Part shown: one piece after another, positions 27,285-37,439 of the stretch
Layout: each line of letters starts with the position of its first letter
Numbering within the stretch: position 1 is the first letter of the stretch
From: an uncultured PS1 clade bacterium
GTDB taxonomy: Bacteria > Pseudomonadota > Alphaproteobacteria > MED-G09
Reading direction: 5' to 3'
Length of the DNA: 64,000 nt
Assembly: GCA_902626605.1 (NCBI GenBank)
Contig: CACOFZ010000005.1
Coordinates: 9,373-73,372 of the forward strand
Notes under the pieces: generated by a model
What the model was told of the DNA's origin: nothing
Database searches by the model: none
The model's input: the letters and a program-made list of their open reading frames with translations, nothing else
Position numbers and translations under genes: made by a program

Positions 27285-27422
27285 ATGATGAATAAAAAAA
27301 ATTTACCAACAAAAATTTGTAGGGTATGTAAAAAAGATTTTTCTTGGAGAAAGAAATGGAAATCTTGTTGGGATCAAGTTTTATATTGCTCAGAGAGATG
27401 TAGAAGAAATAAAAATAAATGA
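27285..27422 (+). CDS. DUF2256-like small zinc-binding protein (45 aa)
   Basis: My own translation: KICRVCKKDFSWRKKWKSCWDQVLYCSERCRR. Not in the ORF track. ATGA overlap with the next gene. Confidence 0.6.
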   Translation: MMNKKNLPTKICRVCKKDFSWRKKWKSCWDQVLYCSERCRRNKNK

Positions 27423-27847
27423 ACAAAAAAAATTTAGCTTATATCTTAATTTGCCTAGGGAGTATTCCTTTTATCTTTTTTGCATTTCTAAGAATGTTAT
27501 CTTATGAGAAATTTTTTCACTTGGATGTTAATTATATCATAGCAATATATAGCTTATCAATAATTTCATTTATTTGCGGAAGTCACTGGGGTATATTTTT
27601 AACGAATAATACACTTAAAATTAATTTATTTTTTTTAAGTAATTTTCTTACAATTTCCAGTTTTGTTGGAATTTTGTTTTTAATAATAAATTATTTTTTC
27701 TTGTTACAAATATTAATATTAATAATTCTTTTGTTAATTGATTTTTATATTTATCGGCAAAGTGTTACGCAAAAAAATTATTTTTATTTTAGAATTCTTA
27801 TAACAACACTTGTTGTAGGGTGTTTAATTATTCCTGTTATTATTTAG
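27419..27847 (+). CDS. DUF3429-like integral membrane protein
   Basis: Four TM segments; LGSIPF and CGSHWG motifs. Confidence 0.5.
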   Translation: MNKKNLAYILICLGSIPFIFFAFLRMLSYEKFFHLDVNYIIAIYSLSIISFICGSHWGIFLTNNTLKINLFFLSNFLTISSFVGILFLIINYFFLLQILILIILLLIDFYIYRQSVTQKNYFYFRILITTLVVGCLIIPVII

Positions 27848-28256
27848 ACCTGATTTTTTTAAGAATACCGCTAAATGTTGAAATTACTTTGTTTTGATTA
27901 TTAAAAATTTTACCCTTTACAAAAATCATGGACTTAGTTTCTTGTGTAATTTCACCATCACCATAAATTATTTCATCGTTAACGGAGGAGTTTAAAAATT
28001 CAGTTGAACACGATACTGTAACAAATGTTTGTCCTTTTATCGCATCAAGACATATTACAAACATTGTATAATCTATAAAAGACATAATCATGCCACCATG
28101 AAGACTTCCCATGGAGTTAAGATGGTGATCTTCGCATTCAAAAGCAGAAATATAATTGTTTTCATTTTTTTTGTAAAAAAAGGGACCAACAAAATCTTCA
28201 AATGGTTCTGTTTCATACCATTTTTCAAAGTTTTTTAGATCTTTATTTATATTCAT
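27840..28256 (-). CDS. PaaI-family hotdog-fold thioesterase
   Basis: SLHGGMIMSFIDYTM motif. Confidence 0.7.
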   Translation of the reverse strand: MNINKDLKNFEKWYETEPFEDFVGPFFYKKNENNYISAFECEDHHLNSMGSLHGGMIMSFIDYTMFVICLDAIKGQTFVTVSCSTEFLNSSVNDEIIYGDGEITQETKSMIFVKGKIFNNQNKVISTFSGILKKIRSK

Positions 28257-28274
28257 GACTTAAACTATCAGAAA

Positions 28275-28511
28275 ATGATATTCTTTGAAATATTTAGAAA
28301 ACTATTTTATTGTTATTTTATGAAAAATAAAAGTAATGATTGGAAATCAATAATTAAAAATCCAGGTGTAATAAAAACATCATTTGGTTCTATATCTTTG
28401 CTACCTCCTGTACAAAATACTAAAAAGGATTTTATTCATCCACCAGTGAAAATATCTTCAGTAGGTAAGGCCAAGTATCAACAATATTCCAAAGGAGAGA
28501 GAGATGAGTAA
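28275..28511 (+). CDS. Hypothetical small protein (start uncertain)
   Basis: ORF overlaps the next gene by 8 nt (28504-28511); no motif recognised. Confidence 0.3.
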   Translation: MIFFEIFRKLFYCYFMKNKSNDWKSIIKNPGVIKTSFGSISLLPPVQNTKKDFIHPPVKISSVGKAKYQQYSKGERDE

Positions 28512-29013
28512 TGAAGAAAATTTAACATCTGAAGAAATTAAATCTTTAAGAAATTTAATTGCTATTGAAAAAATTAAAGAATTAAGGCTCAGATATTCTT
28601 ATCATATGGATGCAAGAGATCTTGATAAATTAATGGATGTTTTTGCTGAGGGTGCGGTTTGCGGTTATGGACCCTATGGAGACTGGGTTGGCAAAGAAGT
28701 AATTTATAATAATTATAAGGAAACTTTTAAAGACTCGTTAGATACACCATTTTTAAGCATGCATATAAATACAAATCATCTTATAAAAATAACTGGTCCT
28801 GAAACAGCTAAAGGAAGAGTTTATCTTCTTGATGGCTTAACTAAAAATATGGATGGTTCAGACTTAGAGCCAGGTTCTAGTAATTTTCTCTGGTTTGCTC
28901 TTTATGATGAAGAATATGTTAAGATTGATGACGAATGGAAAATAAAAAATATGAACTTAGAATTTTTCTGGCCCGAGCGCCATGTCTCAAGTGATTTTTC
29001 GATAGATTTCTAG
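28504..29013 (+). CDS. SnoaL-like (NTF2 superfamily, SnoaL_4 type) protein
   Basis: IKELRLRYSYHMDARDLDKLMDVFAE pattern. Confidence 0.7.
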   Translation: MSNEENLTSEEIKSLRNLIAIEKIKELRLRYSYHMDARDLDKLMDVFAEGAVCGYGPYGDWVGKEVIYNNYKETFKDSLDTPFLSMHINTNHLIKITGPETAKGRVYLLDGLTKNMDGSDLEPGSSNFLWFALYDEEYVKIDDEWKIKNMNLEFFWPERHVSSDFSIDF

Positions 29014-29021
29014 GATAAGCA

Positions 29022-29606
29022 ATGCTTAAAAAAATTATAACTTTTTCTTTTTTATTTTTTTTATCATCAAGTAATTTAAATGCAGCTGTTACAGTTTTAG
29101 GAAGCAGTGATGCTTATATTTGTTATAAACATGCGAAGTATGGGTCTACCACTCAATCATCTGTTCTTACTTGCTTAAATGCTATATCTGATATGACAAT
29201 TTCAAAAAAAGATATTGATGCTTCAAGAATTAATCTTGGGATTATCTACAACAATAAATCAAAACCAAGAATGGCATTAGAACAATTTGAAATTGCTTTC
29301 AAAAATAAAAATATGAGGGCTGAAATATTTTTGAATCAAGGTAATAGCTTATTATTATTGAAGGACTATAAAGGTGCGTTAGAGAAATATCAGGCATCTC
29401 TTGAGAACAACCTTGAGGATATTTCTGCTATTTATTTTAATAAAGGAATGGCCCATGAATACCTTGGAAATATAGATCAAGCAGTTAGCTTTTATAAAAA
29501 AGCAGTTACTCTAAATCCTTCTTTGATAGATTATTTTGAGAATAAAAGAAGAAAGCTTAAAGAGGCTGGTCTTTGGAATATAAATAATGAAAGAGAAAAA
29601 TCCTAA
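29022..29606 (+). CDS. Exported tetratricopeptide-repeat protein
   Basis: Signal peptide; TPR-like repeats (YFNKGMAHEYLGNIDQAVSFYKKAVTLNP). Confidence 0.7.
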   Translation: MLKKIITFSFLFFLSSSNLNAAVTVLGSSDAYICYKHAKYGSTTQSSVLTCLNAISDMTISKKDIDASRINLGIIYNNKSKPRMALEQFEIAFKNKNMRAEIFLNQGNSLLLLKDYKGALEKYQASLENNLEDISAIYFNKGMAHEYLGNIDQAVSFYKKAVTLNPSLIDYFENKRRKLKEAGLWNINNEREKS

Positions 29607-29821
29607 AAAACCTCGTGTTATTAGACAAAAACAAGCAACCTATCAAAGAGTTGTAAAAAATAAGAAAATTTATAATAGAAAGAAGGAAAAAATTTATGAT
29701 TAAATTTTTAGTAGGCTTCCTTCTTGGCATTTTTGCTAGTTTTTATATAACACCAGAATTGAAAAATTTAATTTCTGAATACTTTAATTTAATAATTTAT
29801 TATATTGAAAATTAATAATAT

Positions 29822-30565
29822 TTAATATTCAAAGCTAAATTTTATTCCATAAAACGAATTTGAATTATCGGTATCTGGTGGAGGTGATGAGTCATAAGTA
29901 TTTTCATAAGAAATTATAGAAGAGAATTTTTCAGTTATTTTTAACCTTAGGCCAGCGACAAAAAATGATCTCAACTCTGAAAAATCATCAATATCAGGTT
30001 GAATGTACAGAGTTGATTCAAGTGTTGCTGTATCAGATATCTTGAAATCATTTGTTATGTATGTGTTCAAACGAGAAGTTTTTCTTGTATCTGACAAAAT
30101 TCTCTCCTCATTTTCGTCAAATAATCCTAATCCTATTCTAAGCGATTTGTATGGACTCAACCTTATACCTCCTCCAAAAAGTTCTCTTCTTTTAATCTTT
30201 TGTAAAGGCTTCTCGTTAAGTTGGGAAAATATTTCCCAAGAAATTAGATTATTTACTCTTCTTACAGCTCTTAAATGTAAGAAAGTATTATTTGAGGTGA
30301 TTGTATCATCTTTTTCTTCTCTTTTATATGATAAAACAGCAAACCTCTGCCATTTTTCAGAGTTATAATCGACTCTCGTTTCAACTGAATAATTAGTTCT
30401 ATCAACTGTACCACTTGATCCATTAAGTCCTAAATTTGTTTGAAAGTGAAAACCTAATAAATTTTCTTTTCTAGCGGATTCCATATTTACAATTTGTGCA
30501 AATAAAAGATCATTTAAAAAAAAGAACGAAAAACATAAAAAAATAAAATTTTTAATATTTAACAT
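29822..30565 (-). CDS. Outer-membrane beta-barrel protein (DUF481/YdiY-like)
   Basis: Signal peptide, alternating beta pattern, C-terminal FSFEY. Confidence 0.5.
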   Translation of the reverse strand: MLNIKNFIFLCFSFFFLNDLLFAQIVNMESARKENLLGFHFQTNLGLNGSSGTVDRTNYSVETRVDYNSEKWQRFAVLSYKREEKDDTITSNNTFLHLRAVRRVNNLISWEIFSQLNEKPLQKIKRRELFGGGIRLSPYKSLRIGLGLFDENEERILSDTRKTSRLNTYITNDFKISDTATLESTLYIQPDIDDFSELRSFFVAGLRLKITEKFSSIISYENTYDSSPPPDTDNSNSFYGIKFSFEY

Positions 30566-31524
30566 TATTTATTTATACTCTCTTTAATATGTATATCTCT
30601 TTGTGGATAAGGAATTTCAATATTATTTTCTTTAAATTTTTCCCAAATTGAAAATAAAACTTCACTTTGAGGTCCGTAACGACCGTCTATCACATCATTA
30701 ATCCAAAATAATAATAAAAAATTTACTGAACTATCAGCAAATTCTCTCAAAAAACATAAAGGTTCTGGATTTTTAGAAGTTTTAGGGTGCTCATTAGCGG
30801 CCTCCAATATCAATTCTTGTGCTTTTTTAATATCACAATCGTATGAAACACCAATATTAATAGTTATTCTGGCTTTTTTATTGCTGTGTGTATAATTAAT
30901 AACCCTATTGCTAATAAGATCTTCATTAGGAACCATAACTTCTTTTCCGTCGTATGTTTCAATGAGGGATGCTCTTGATCCGGTATTCCTTATGAAGCCT
31001 AAGGTTCCGTCATTTAATTCAATTAAATCATCATTTTGAACTGTTTTTTCAAATAAAATAATTATTCCGCTGATAAAGTTAGAAGTGACCTTTTGAAGAC
31101 CAAAACCAATACCAATACCTAATGCACCACTAAAAACTGCTAAAGCGGTAAGGTCTATGCCTAAAAAATTCATTCCAATTTGAAATGCTATAAAATAAAT
31201 TAGGATTTGTAAGGCTTTTGTTATCAAATTTCTATTGTTAGAATTTATTCCAGGTATTTTTTTAACAAATTTTGCAGCAATATCTGATAGGATACCAGTT
31301 AGCCATAATAGAGTGGCTATAATTATAATTCCCTGAATTATAAAATAAGCAGAAAATTTAGCCTCACCAATGCTTATTGAAAGCTCATCAGCGTCTAAAA
31401 ATTGTTTAATAGGATCTAGGAAAGGTAAGAATTCAAAAGAAAAAAGAAATAACACGAAAGCAATTAAAAGAAATTTAGCTGATCCTGATTCAGGTTTTAA
31501 CAAATTTTTAAAAAAATTAGCCAT
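30565..31524 (-). CDS. Mechanosensitive ion channel (MscS family)
   Basis: TM3-like GALGIGIGFGLQKVTSNFISGIIILFEK, then a beta domain. Confidence 0.88.
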   Translation of the reverse strand: MANFFKNLLKPESGSAKFLLIAFVLFLFSFEFLPFLDPIKQFLDADELSISIGEAKFSAYFIIQGIIIIATLLWLTGILSDIAAKFVKKIPGINSNNRNLITKALQILIYFIAFQIGMNFLGIDLTALAVFSGALGIGIGFGLQKVTSNFISGIIILFEKTVQNDDLIELNDGTLGFIRNTGSRASLIETYDGKEVMVPNEDLISNRVINYTHSNKKARITINIGVSYDCDIKKAQELILEAANEHPKTSKNPEPLCFLREFADSSVNFLLLFWINDVIDGRYGPQSEVLFSIWEKFKENNIEIPYPQRDIHIKESINK

Positions 31525-31661
31525 TTAAAATCATTATCAGATTCGTTTCTTTATCTATAAATACAAAATTCATAATCTTAAGAAAAAAATAAATAAACGC
31601 TTTATTTTTTAATTTTGTAATGCATTAATAATTTTTCATTTTATTTATTTGGAGGTTAAAA

Positions 31662-32012
31662 ATGGCAACAGACATAATAATTACTGCAACTTTTGATGTG
31701 GATCCTGAACAAATTGACGATTTAATGAAAAGATGTAAACCTCTTATTGATGGAGCCCTAACTGAAGAGGGATGTCAGGATTACAGCTGGACATTAGATC
31801 CATATGTCCCAGGTAGGATTTGGGTTATGGAAAGATGGGAAAGTGAAGAGTCTTTAAAAAAGCATTTTGAAGATGATTGGTACAAAAATATGGGAGCAAC
31901 ACTTAACGAAGTTAAAGGCGGTCTATTAAGTGCTTTTTCTGCAAAATATAAAATCGCAAAAGAAGAGCCTGTGTACGATGAAACAGGCGTTCCTAGAGCC
32001 GATTTTTCATAA
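31662..32012 (+). CDS. ABM-like (dimeric alpha-beta barrel) monooxygenase family protein
   Basis: Size and ERWESEESLKKH pattern. Confidence 0.5.
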   Translation: MATDIIITATFDVDPEQIDDLMKRCKPLIDGALTEEGCQDYSWTLDPYVPGRIWVMERWESEESLKKHFEDDWYKNMGATLNEVKGGLLSAFSAKYKIAKEEPVYDETGVPRADFS

Positions 32013-32023
32013 GGAATTTAAAA

Positions 32024-32482
32024 ATGAGTGATAAAGAAGAAATTAGAAATTTAGTCGAAAAATATGCTGATGCTGTATGTCGTCGTGATGAGAAGGATTG
32101 GTCTTCAACTTGGGCTGATGATGCAGTATGGGATCTTGGAAGTATGCCTCCAGTAAAAGGAAAAAAAGAAATAGTTGCTTTATGGGTTCAAGCAATGTCG
32201 GGTTTTCCATTTGCAGGACAATTAATTCAAAATGGTACTGTAGAAGTCGATGGTGATAAAGCAACCGGAAGGTGGTATATTACAGAACATCTTCAGTTTG
32301 CAGAAAAAGATGAACAGGGTAATCCGACCGGCATGTTTAATATTGGTGTTTATCAGGATAAGTATATTAAAGAAAATGGTGAGTGGTTATTTTCTGAAAG
32401 ACATTATGGAGTTCTCTATAATGATGGTGGCTCAGGAAACATGACTGGGACAGTAAATTCTTATCCTGATTTAATTGATTAA
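32024..32482 (+). CDS. SnoaL-like (NTF2 superfamily) protein
   Basis: IRNLVEKYADAVCRRDEKDWSSTWADDAVW pattern. Confidence 0.7.
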   Translation: MSDKEEIRNLVEKYADAVCRRDEKDWSSTWADDAVWDLGSMPPVKGKKEIVALWVQAMSGFPFAGQLIQNGTVEVDGDKATGRWYITEHLQFAEKDEQGNPTGMFNIGVYQDKYIKENGEWLFSERHYGVLYNDGGSGNMTGTVNSYPDLID

Positions 32483-32483
32483 A

Positions 32484-33350
32484 TTAAAACTCTTTAAAAT
32501 CTTTACCAAGTGGAACATCCTTTGATCTCCATATAGGATTGATTTTATACGTTGTATTTCTAAGATAATCAGATAATTCAGTGTTAGATAAATTTTCATC
32601 AATATCTGAATAACTTATTGGATCACCAATAATAACTGGAACTTTTGTATTAATCCTTCTCCTCACTTCATGAAAAAGAAGAGAAGAGCGCAATGTTTCG
32701 CTTAAATGACTAGCAGTTTGGAATAAAAAACTATTTTGACCAGTAAAATGTAAAGGAAGAATTGTTGGTTTCGATCTTTTTATAAGCCTCGAAGTAAAAT
32801 TTCTCCAGCTAGGATCAAGAGCGGTTTTATTATAGAATCTTTTTGTTGTTGATACTGTACCTCCAGGAAAAACAACTATAGTTCCTCCTTCATCAAGAAT
32901 TTTTCTAGCTGTTTTTCTAGTTTCAAGATTTGTGATCATTGCTTGTTTGCTCTCACTAAAATCAATTGGTAGAAGAAAGTCTTTTGTTTCTGATGCTCTT
33001 AGAAGTAGAGAGTGAGTAAGAACTTTAAATTTCGATCTAATTTTACTTGTAAGCCAACAAATCACCAACCCATCAAGAACTCCAAAAGGATGGTTCGCTA
33101 CTATCATTAAAGGGCCTTCAGATGGAATTTTTTTTATTTTTTTCTCATCAAAATCAACATCTAGTTTTAATAAATCAACACACCCATCCCAGAAACTGTT
33201 CCATCTCTCAGGATTTTTTTGATATTCTCTATAAATGTTATAAAGGTATGGTTGACCGGAAACGAATTCAATAGACCTTATAAGTGCTTTTCTTGGCAAT
33301 GGATCATTAGGATCTGCGTAGCTAAAATATTTTGTATCAAGGTATTCCAT
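32484..33350 (-). CDS. Lysophospholipid acyltransferase family protein (aminolipid O-acyltransferase-like)
   Basis: ANHPFGVLDG and FPGGTVS acyltransferase blocks. Confidence 0.6.
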   Translation of the reverse strand: MEYLDTKYFSYADPNDPLPRKALIRSIEFVSGQPYLYNIYREYQKNPERWNSFWDGCVDLLKLDVDFDEKKIKKIPSEGPLMIVANHPFGVLDGLVICWLTSKIRSKFKVLTHSLLLRASETKDFLLPIDFSESKQAMITNLETRKTARKILDEGGTIVVFPGGTVSTTKRFYNKTALDPSWRNFTSRLIKRSKPTILPLHFTGQNSFLFQTASHLSETLRSSLLFHEVRRRINTKVPVIIGDPISYSDIDENLSNTELSDYLRNTTYKINPIWRSKDVPLGKDFKEF

Positions 33351-34133
33351 TTATAAGTCCCACGGATTTTTATTTGATCTTTCTTTTTTCTTATTAGAAG
33401 GCATATGCCGAAGAATAGTATCTTTGTCTAATTCATTCGATATATCCTTGGAAATATAAGGTTTATTATTATCTTGTGTAAAGATTTTTGTAGTATTTTT
33501 TTTAAAAATTGGAGTTAAAATTAACCCTGTTAAGAAACCTCCAATATGAGCAGAATAAGCCACACCTGATGATCCTTGGTCAAAAACATTCATAAATTGA
33601 AGACCTATCCATACACCAATAACTATAAAAGCAGGAATTTTAATAAGTTTTACAAATATAACAATCCATGCAAAAACATATATCTTTGCTTTTGGATGAA
33701 GAACCACATAAGAACCTAAAAGACCAGCTATTGCTCCGCTCGCTCCTATCATTGGTACGTTACTTTGTGGGTCAAGCAATATTTGAGCGATTACTGCTCC
33801 TATACCGCATAAAATATAAAAGATAATAAAATTAAACTTACCAAATTCATCCTCTATATTATCACCAAATATCCATAAATATATAAGATTACCTAATAGA
33901 TGCATTAAACTTCCATGAAGAAACATAGAGCTTAAGATTGAATACCAATATTGGAATAATTCATTTGTAAGCAAATAAGGAGTTGCTCCAAAAACTTTTA
34001 TTAATGAATAACCATCTTCAGAGGATAAACTAAATTGAAATAAGTAGATTAAACAACATAAAAAAATAATAAAATATGAGATAAAAGGTTTAGTTTCTGT
34101 AGGGTTATCATCTTTGAATGGAAAAAAAAACAT
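33351..34133 (-). CDS. Rhomboid family intramembrane serine protease
   Basis: HGSLMHLLGN, GASGAIAGLLG and AHIGGFLTG motifs. Confidence 0.9.
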   Translation of the reverse strand: MFFFPFKDDNPTETKPFISYFIIFLCCLIYLFQFSLSSEDGYSLIKVFGATPYLLTNELFQYWYSILSSMFLHGSLMHLLGNLIYLWIFGDNIEDEFGKFNFIIFYILCGIGAVIAQILLDPQSNVPMIGASGAIAGLLGSYVVLHPKAKIYVFAWIVIFVKLIKIPAFIVIGVWIGLQFMNVFDQGSSGVAYSAHIGGFLTGLILTPIFKKNTTKIFTQDNNKPYISKDISNELDKDTILRHMPSNKKKERSNKNPWDL

Positions 34134-34260
34134 TTTATATCAACTATTTATTTTAAAATTTTAACAAACTTTCAAAGTTACATAATGAAACAAGAGTTTA
34201 TTTCAAATTAGTATCAATTCATTGGATATTATACACTAATTTAAAAGGCGCCTTTCTACT

Positions 34261-35613
34261 ATGAGTAAAAAAAATATAGCTATAATACTTGCTGCTGGCA
34301 AGGGTTCTAGAATGAACTCTAATATTCCTAAGCCTTTGCATAAAATTGCTGGTAAAACTATAATTGAACATATTTTACATAATATAAATGACGCTGGTTA
34401 CGATGAGGCAATCATTGTTCTAAATAAAGAAAATGAAAGTTTCTTTAAGTTCTTAAAGAAGAATAATTCCTCTTTAACTTTTGCGTTTCAAGAAAATCAA
34501 TTAGGAACTGGTGATGCCGTTAAAGAGGGCGTTAGGGATATTGATCTTTCGTCTGTTGAAAATGTATTAGTTGTATTTGGTGATACACCTCTATTATCAT
34601 CAAAAACATTAAGAAATTTAATTAATATTAATGACAACAATGATATTACTGTCCTGGGGTTTGAAACAAGCAATCCAGGAAGATATGGAAGACTTTTGGT
34701 AAAAGATAACAAGCTTTTTAAAATAGTTGAGGCATTGGATGCTACTGAGGATGAGCAAAAAATAACATTATGTAATGGTGGGATAATGATTATAAAAGCT
34801 GATCGCATTAAAGGAAATCTTGATCTTTTAAAAAATAATAATGCAAAAAAAGAATTTATTCTATCTGATCTAATTGAAATTAATAATAATACTGGTGGTG
34901 TTTCATCCTATGTAGAGTGCGATCATGAAGAAACAATAGGTATTGATAGTAAAAAAGGCTTAAGTAAAGCTGAAAAAATTTATCAAAACAAACTTAGAGA
35001 TAAATTTATGGAGGCTGGTGTAACAATTTTAGACCCTGAGACAGTATTTTTCTCTCATGATACTAGGATTGGAAAAGATGTTGAGATAGGTTCCAATATT
35101 GTTTTTGGAGAAAATGTATTAATAAGAGATAATGTTGTAATAAAATCATTCTGTTCGATTGAAAATTCAATTATCAATGATGGAGTCTCTATAGGACCTT
35201 TTGCAAGGTTGAGAAATAATGCTGATATTGGTCAAGACTCAAAGATAGGAAATTTTGTAGAAGTTAAAAATTCCAAACTTGAGCAAGAAGTTAAGGTAAG
35301 CCATCTATCTTATATTGGTGATGCTGAAATTGATGAGTCTGTAAATATTGGAGCTGGAACAATTACTTGTAATTTTGATGGATTAAATAAACATAAAACA
35401 ACTATTGGTAAAAGAGCATTTATAGGCTCAAACTCATCTTTGATAGCGCCTATTAATATTGGTAATGATGCAAATGTTGCGGCAGGATCCTCTATTTCAA
35501 AAGATGTGGATTCTAACTCTCTAGCAATAACAAGAGCTCCAATAAGATTTATAAGTAATTGGTCTAAAAAATTAAAAAAAAATAATAAAAAGGAAGAGCA
35601 ATGTGTGGAATAA
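34261..35613 (+). CDS. glmU: Bifunctional UDP-N-acetylglucosamine pyrophosphorylase / GlcN-1-P acetyltransferase
   Basis: ILAAGKGSRM N-terminus, left-handed beta-helix hexapeptide C-terminus, adjacent to glmS. Confidence 0.95.
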   Translation: MSKKNIAIILAAGKGSRMNSNIPKPLHKIAGKTIIEHILHNINDAGYDEAIIVLNKENESFFKFLKKNNSSLTFAFQENQLGTGDAVKEGVRDIDLSSVENVLVVFGDTPLLSSKTLRNLININDNNDITVLGFETSNPGRYGRLLVKDNKLFKIVEALDATEDEQKITLCNGGIMIIKADRIKGNLDLLKNNNAKKEFILSDLIEINNNTGGVSSYVECDHEETIGIDSKKGLSKAEKIYQNKLRDKFMEAGVTILDPETVFFSHDTRIGKDVEIGSNIVFGENVLIRDNVVIKSFCSIENSIINDGVSIGPFARLRNNADIGQDSKIGNFVEVKNSKLEQEVKVSHLSYIGDAEIDESVNIGAGTITCNFDGLNKHKTTIGKRAFIGSNSSLIAPINIGNDANVAAGSSISKDVDSNSLAITRAPIRFISNWSKKLKKNNKKEEQCVE

Positions 35614-37430
35614 TCGGTTTAGTGAGTAAAAAAGAGGTTTCTTCTACCTTACTGGAAGGATTAAAGAGACTTGAGTACAGGGGTTATGACTCTTCAGGTA
35701 TAGCAACAATTAGTAATGAAAAAATAGAAAGAGTAAGATCAAAAGGTAATTTAAGTTTTTTGGAAGAAAAACTTTTAAATTCATCTTTACCAGGGAATAT
35801 AGGCATTGGTCATACTCGTTGGGCTACTCATGGTTCACCAGAAGAAAAAAATGCTCATCCTCACATTACTGATAAAGTTGCAGTTGTTCATAACGGTATT
35901 ATAGAAAATAATAATCAACTTAGAAATCAATTAATTGAGGCAGGTGTCGAATTCTCTAGTGATACCGATACAGAGGTAGTTTGTCATATTATTACTTCAT
36001 ACCTTAACACAGGATTAAGCGCTTATGACTCTATAAGGGCAACTATGAGTGATGTAAGGGGTACCTATGCATTTGGTGTTTTAATATTAAATGAACCTAA
36101 TAAATTATTTGCTGTTAGAGGGGGGAGTCCTCTTGCAATAGGTTCAGCCAACAATGAAAATTTTATTGGTTCGGATACTTATTCTTTAAGTGCTTATTCA
36201 GATAACATTACTTATTTAAAAGATGGTGATGTGGCTGAAATTGAAAATGATTCTTATCGTATATTTGATCATTCTAACTCTTTGGTTGAAAGAGAAAAGC
36301 AGAGTATTATTGAGAGTATTACCTTATCTGAAAAAGGTATTTTTAAACATTTTATGCTTAAAGAAATTCATGAACAACCAGAAGTTATTGCTAAGTCATT
36401 ATCAAATTATATTGATATGGATAATGGTGTTTTAAATATTCCAAATTTACCCCATGATCTTTCCACTATCACCAATGTTACATTAGTTGCTTGTGGAAGT
36501 TCTTATTATGCTGGTTTAATAGCCAGAGATTGGTTTGAGAAATTTACTAATATTAAGGTTGATGTTGAGATAGCTTCCGAGTTTAGATATCGAGAAGCCC
36601 CAATGGCTTCAAATGGATTAACAATTTTTATATCTCAATCTGGTGAAACCGCTGATACACTTGCGGCTTTAAAACATTGTAAGTATTTAGGCCAGAAGAC
36701 AATATCTATTGTTAATGTTGGTGATTCATCAATGTGCAGAAATTCAGATGCATCTCTTAAAATTTATGCTGGTCCTGAGATTGGAGTTGCTTCTACAAAG
36801 GCTTTTACTTGTCAGCTTGGTGTCTTAGCTTGTTTAGCAATAAAAATTGGTACTTCAAATGGATCTCTCTCAGAATATCAAGAAAAAGAATATGTTAAAT
36901 CTCTTCTATCTGTTCCTAGATTAATTTCTAATACTTTAGACAAAGAGGATGAAATTAAAAATTTAGCTCATGATCTTTCAAATATTACAACAACCTTATA
37001 CCTTGGAAGGGGGCAAATGTACCCCGTTGCTATGGAGGGTGCACTAAAATTAAAAGAAATTTCTTATGTTCATGCAGAGGGATATCCTGCTGGAGAAATG
37101 AAGCATGGACCTATTGCATTATTAGAAAAAGATTTACCAGTATTCATAATGTCTCCTAGTAATAATTTATATGAGAAGACAGTTTCAAATCTCAATGAAG
37201 TAATTGCTAGAGATGCATCCGTTATCCTTTTTACTGATAAAGAGGGATTAGATAATATTGGTTTATTAAAAAATAAAATCAAAGCTTTTGTTTTAGATAA
37301 AAGCGACATTATTTCTGCTCCTTTTATATACACTATTCCTAATCAATTAATTGCTTACTACATCGCTCTTTTGAAAGGGACTGATGTTGATCAGCCCAGA
37401 AATTTAGCTAAGTCTGTTACTGTGGAGTAA
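35601..37430 (+). CDS. glmS: Glutamine--fructose-6-phosphate aminotransferase
   Basis: MCGIIG N-terminus, two SIS domains, C-terminal DQPRNLAKSVTVE. Confidence 0.97.
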   Translation: MCGIIGLVSKKEVSSTLLEGLKRLEYRGYDSSGIATISNEKIERVRSKGNLSFLEEKLLNSSLPGNIGIGHTRWATHGSPEEKNAHPHITDKVAVVHNGIIENNNQLRNQLIEAGVEFSSDTDTEVVCHIITSYLNTGLSAYDSIRATMSDVRGTYAFGVLILNEPNKLFAVRGGSPLAIGSANNENFIGSDTYSLSAYSDNITYLKDGDVAEIENDSYRIFDHSNSLVEREKQSIIESITLSEKGIFKHFMLKEIHEQPEVIAKSLSNYIDMDNGVLNIPNLPHDLSTITNVTLVACGSSYYAGLIARDWFEKFTNIKVDVEIASEFRYREAPMASNGLTIFISQSGETADTLAALKHCKYLGQKTISIVNVGDSSMCRNSDASLKIYAGPEIGVASTKAFTCQLGVLACLAIKIGTSNGSLSEYQEKEYVKSLLSVPRLISNTLDKEDEIKNLAHDLSNITTTLYLGRGQMYPVAMEGALKLKEISYVHAEGYPAGEMKHGPIALLEKDLPVFIMSPSNNLYEKTVSNLNEVIARDASVILFTDKEGLDNIGLLKNKIKAFVLDKSDIISAPFIYTIPNQLIAYYIALLKGTDVDQPRNLAKSVTVE

Positions 37431-37439
37431 TTTAGAACA

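Noticed and set aside
29587-29815. Two overlapping mini-ORFs after the TPR gene: a 38-aa very basic one and a 39-aa hydrophobic one.
   Set aside because: The first overlaps the 3' end of the TPR gene in another frame. Neither has a recognisable motif or RBS. I recorded them as possible but unsupported.
31525-31545. Fur-like half site (AAATCATTATC) at the start of the mscS-like gene.
   Set aside because: Only the right half of the box matches. There is no palindromic partner, and an iron link for MscS is implausible.
34134-34260. glmS ribozyme or another riboswitch in the glmU/glmS leader.
   Set aside because: glmS overlaps glmU with no leader. The glmU leader is AT-rich and shows no conserved ribozyme core that I can recognise. 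The organism type is also wrong for the glmS ribozyme.
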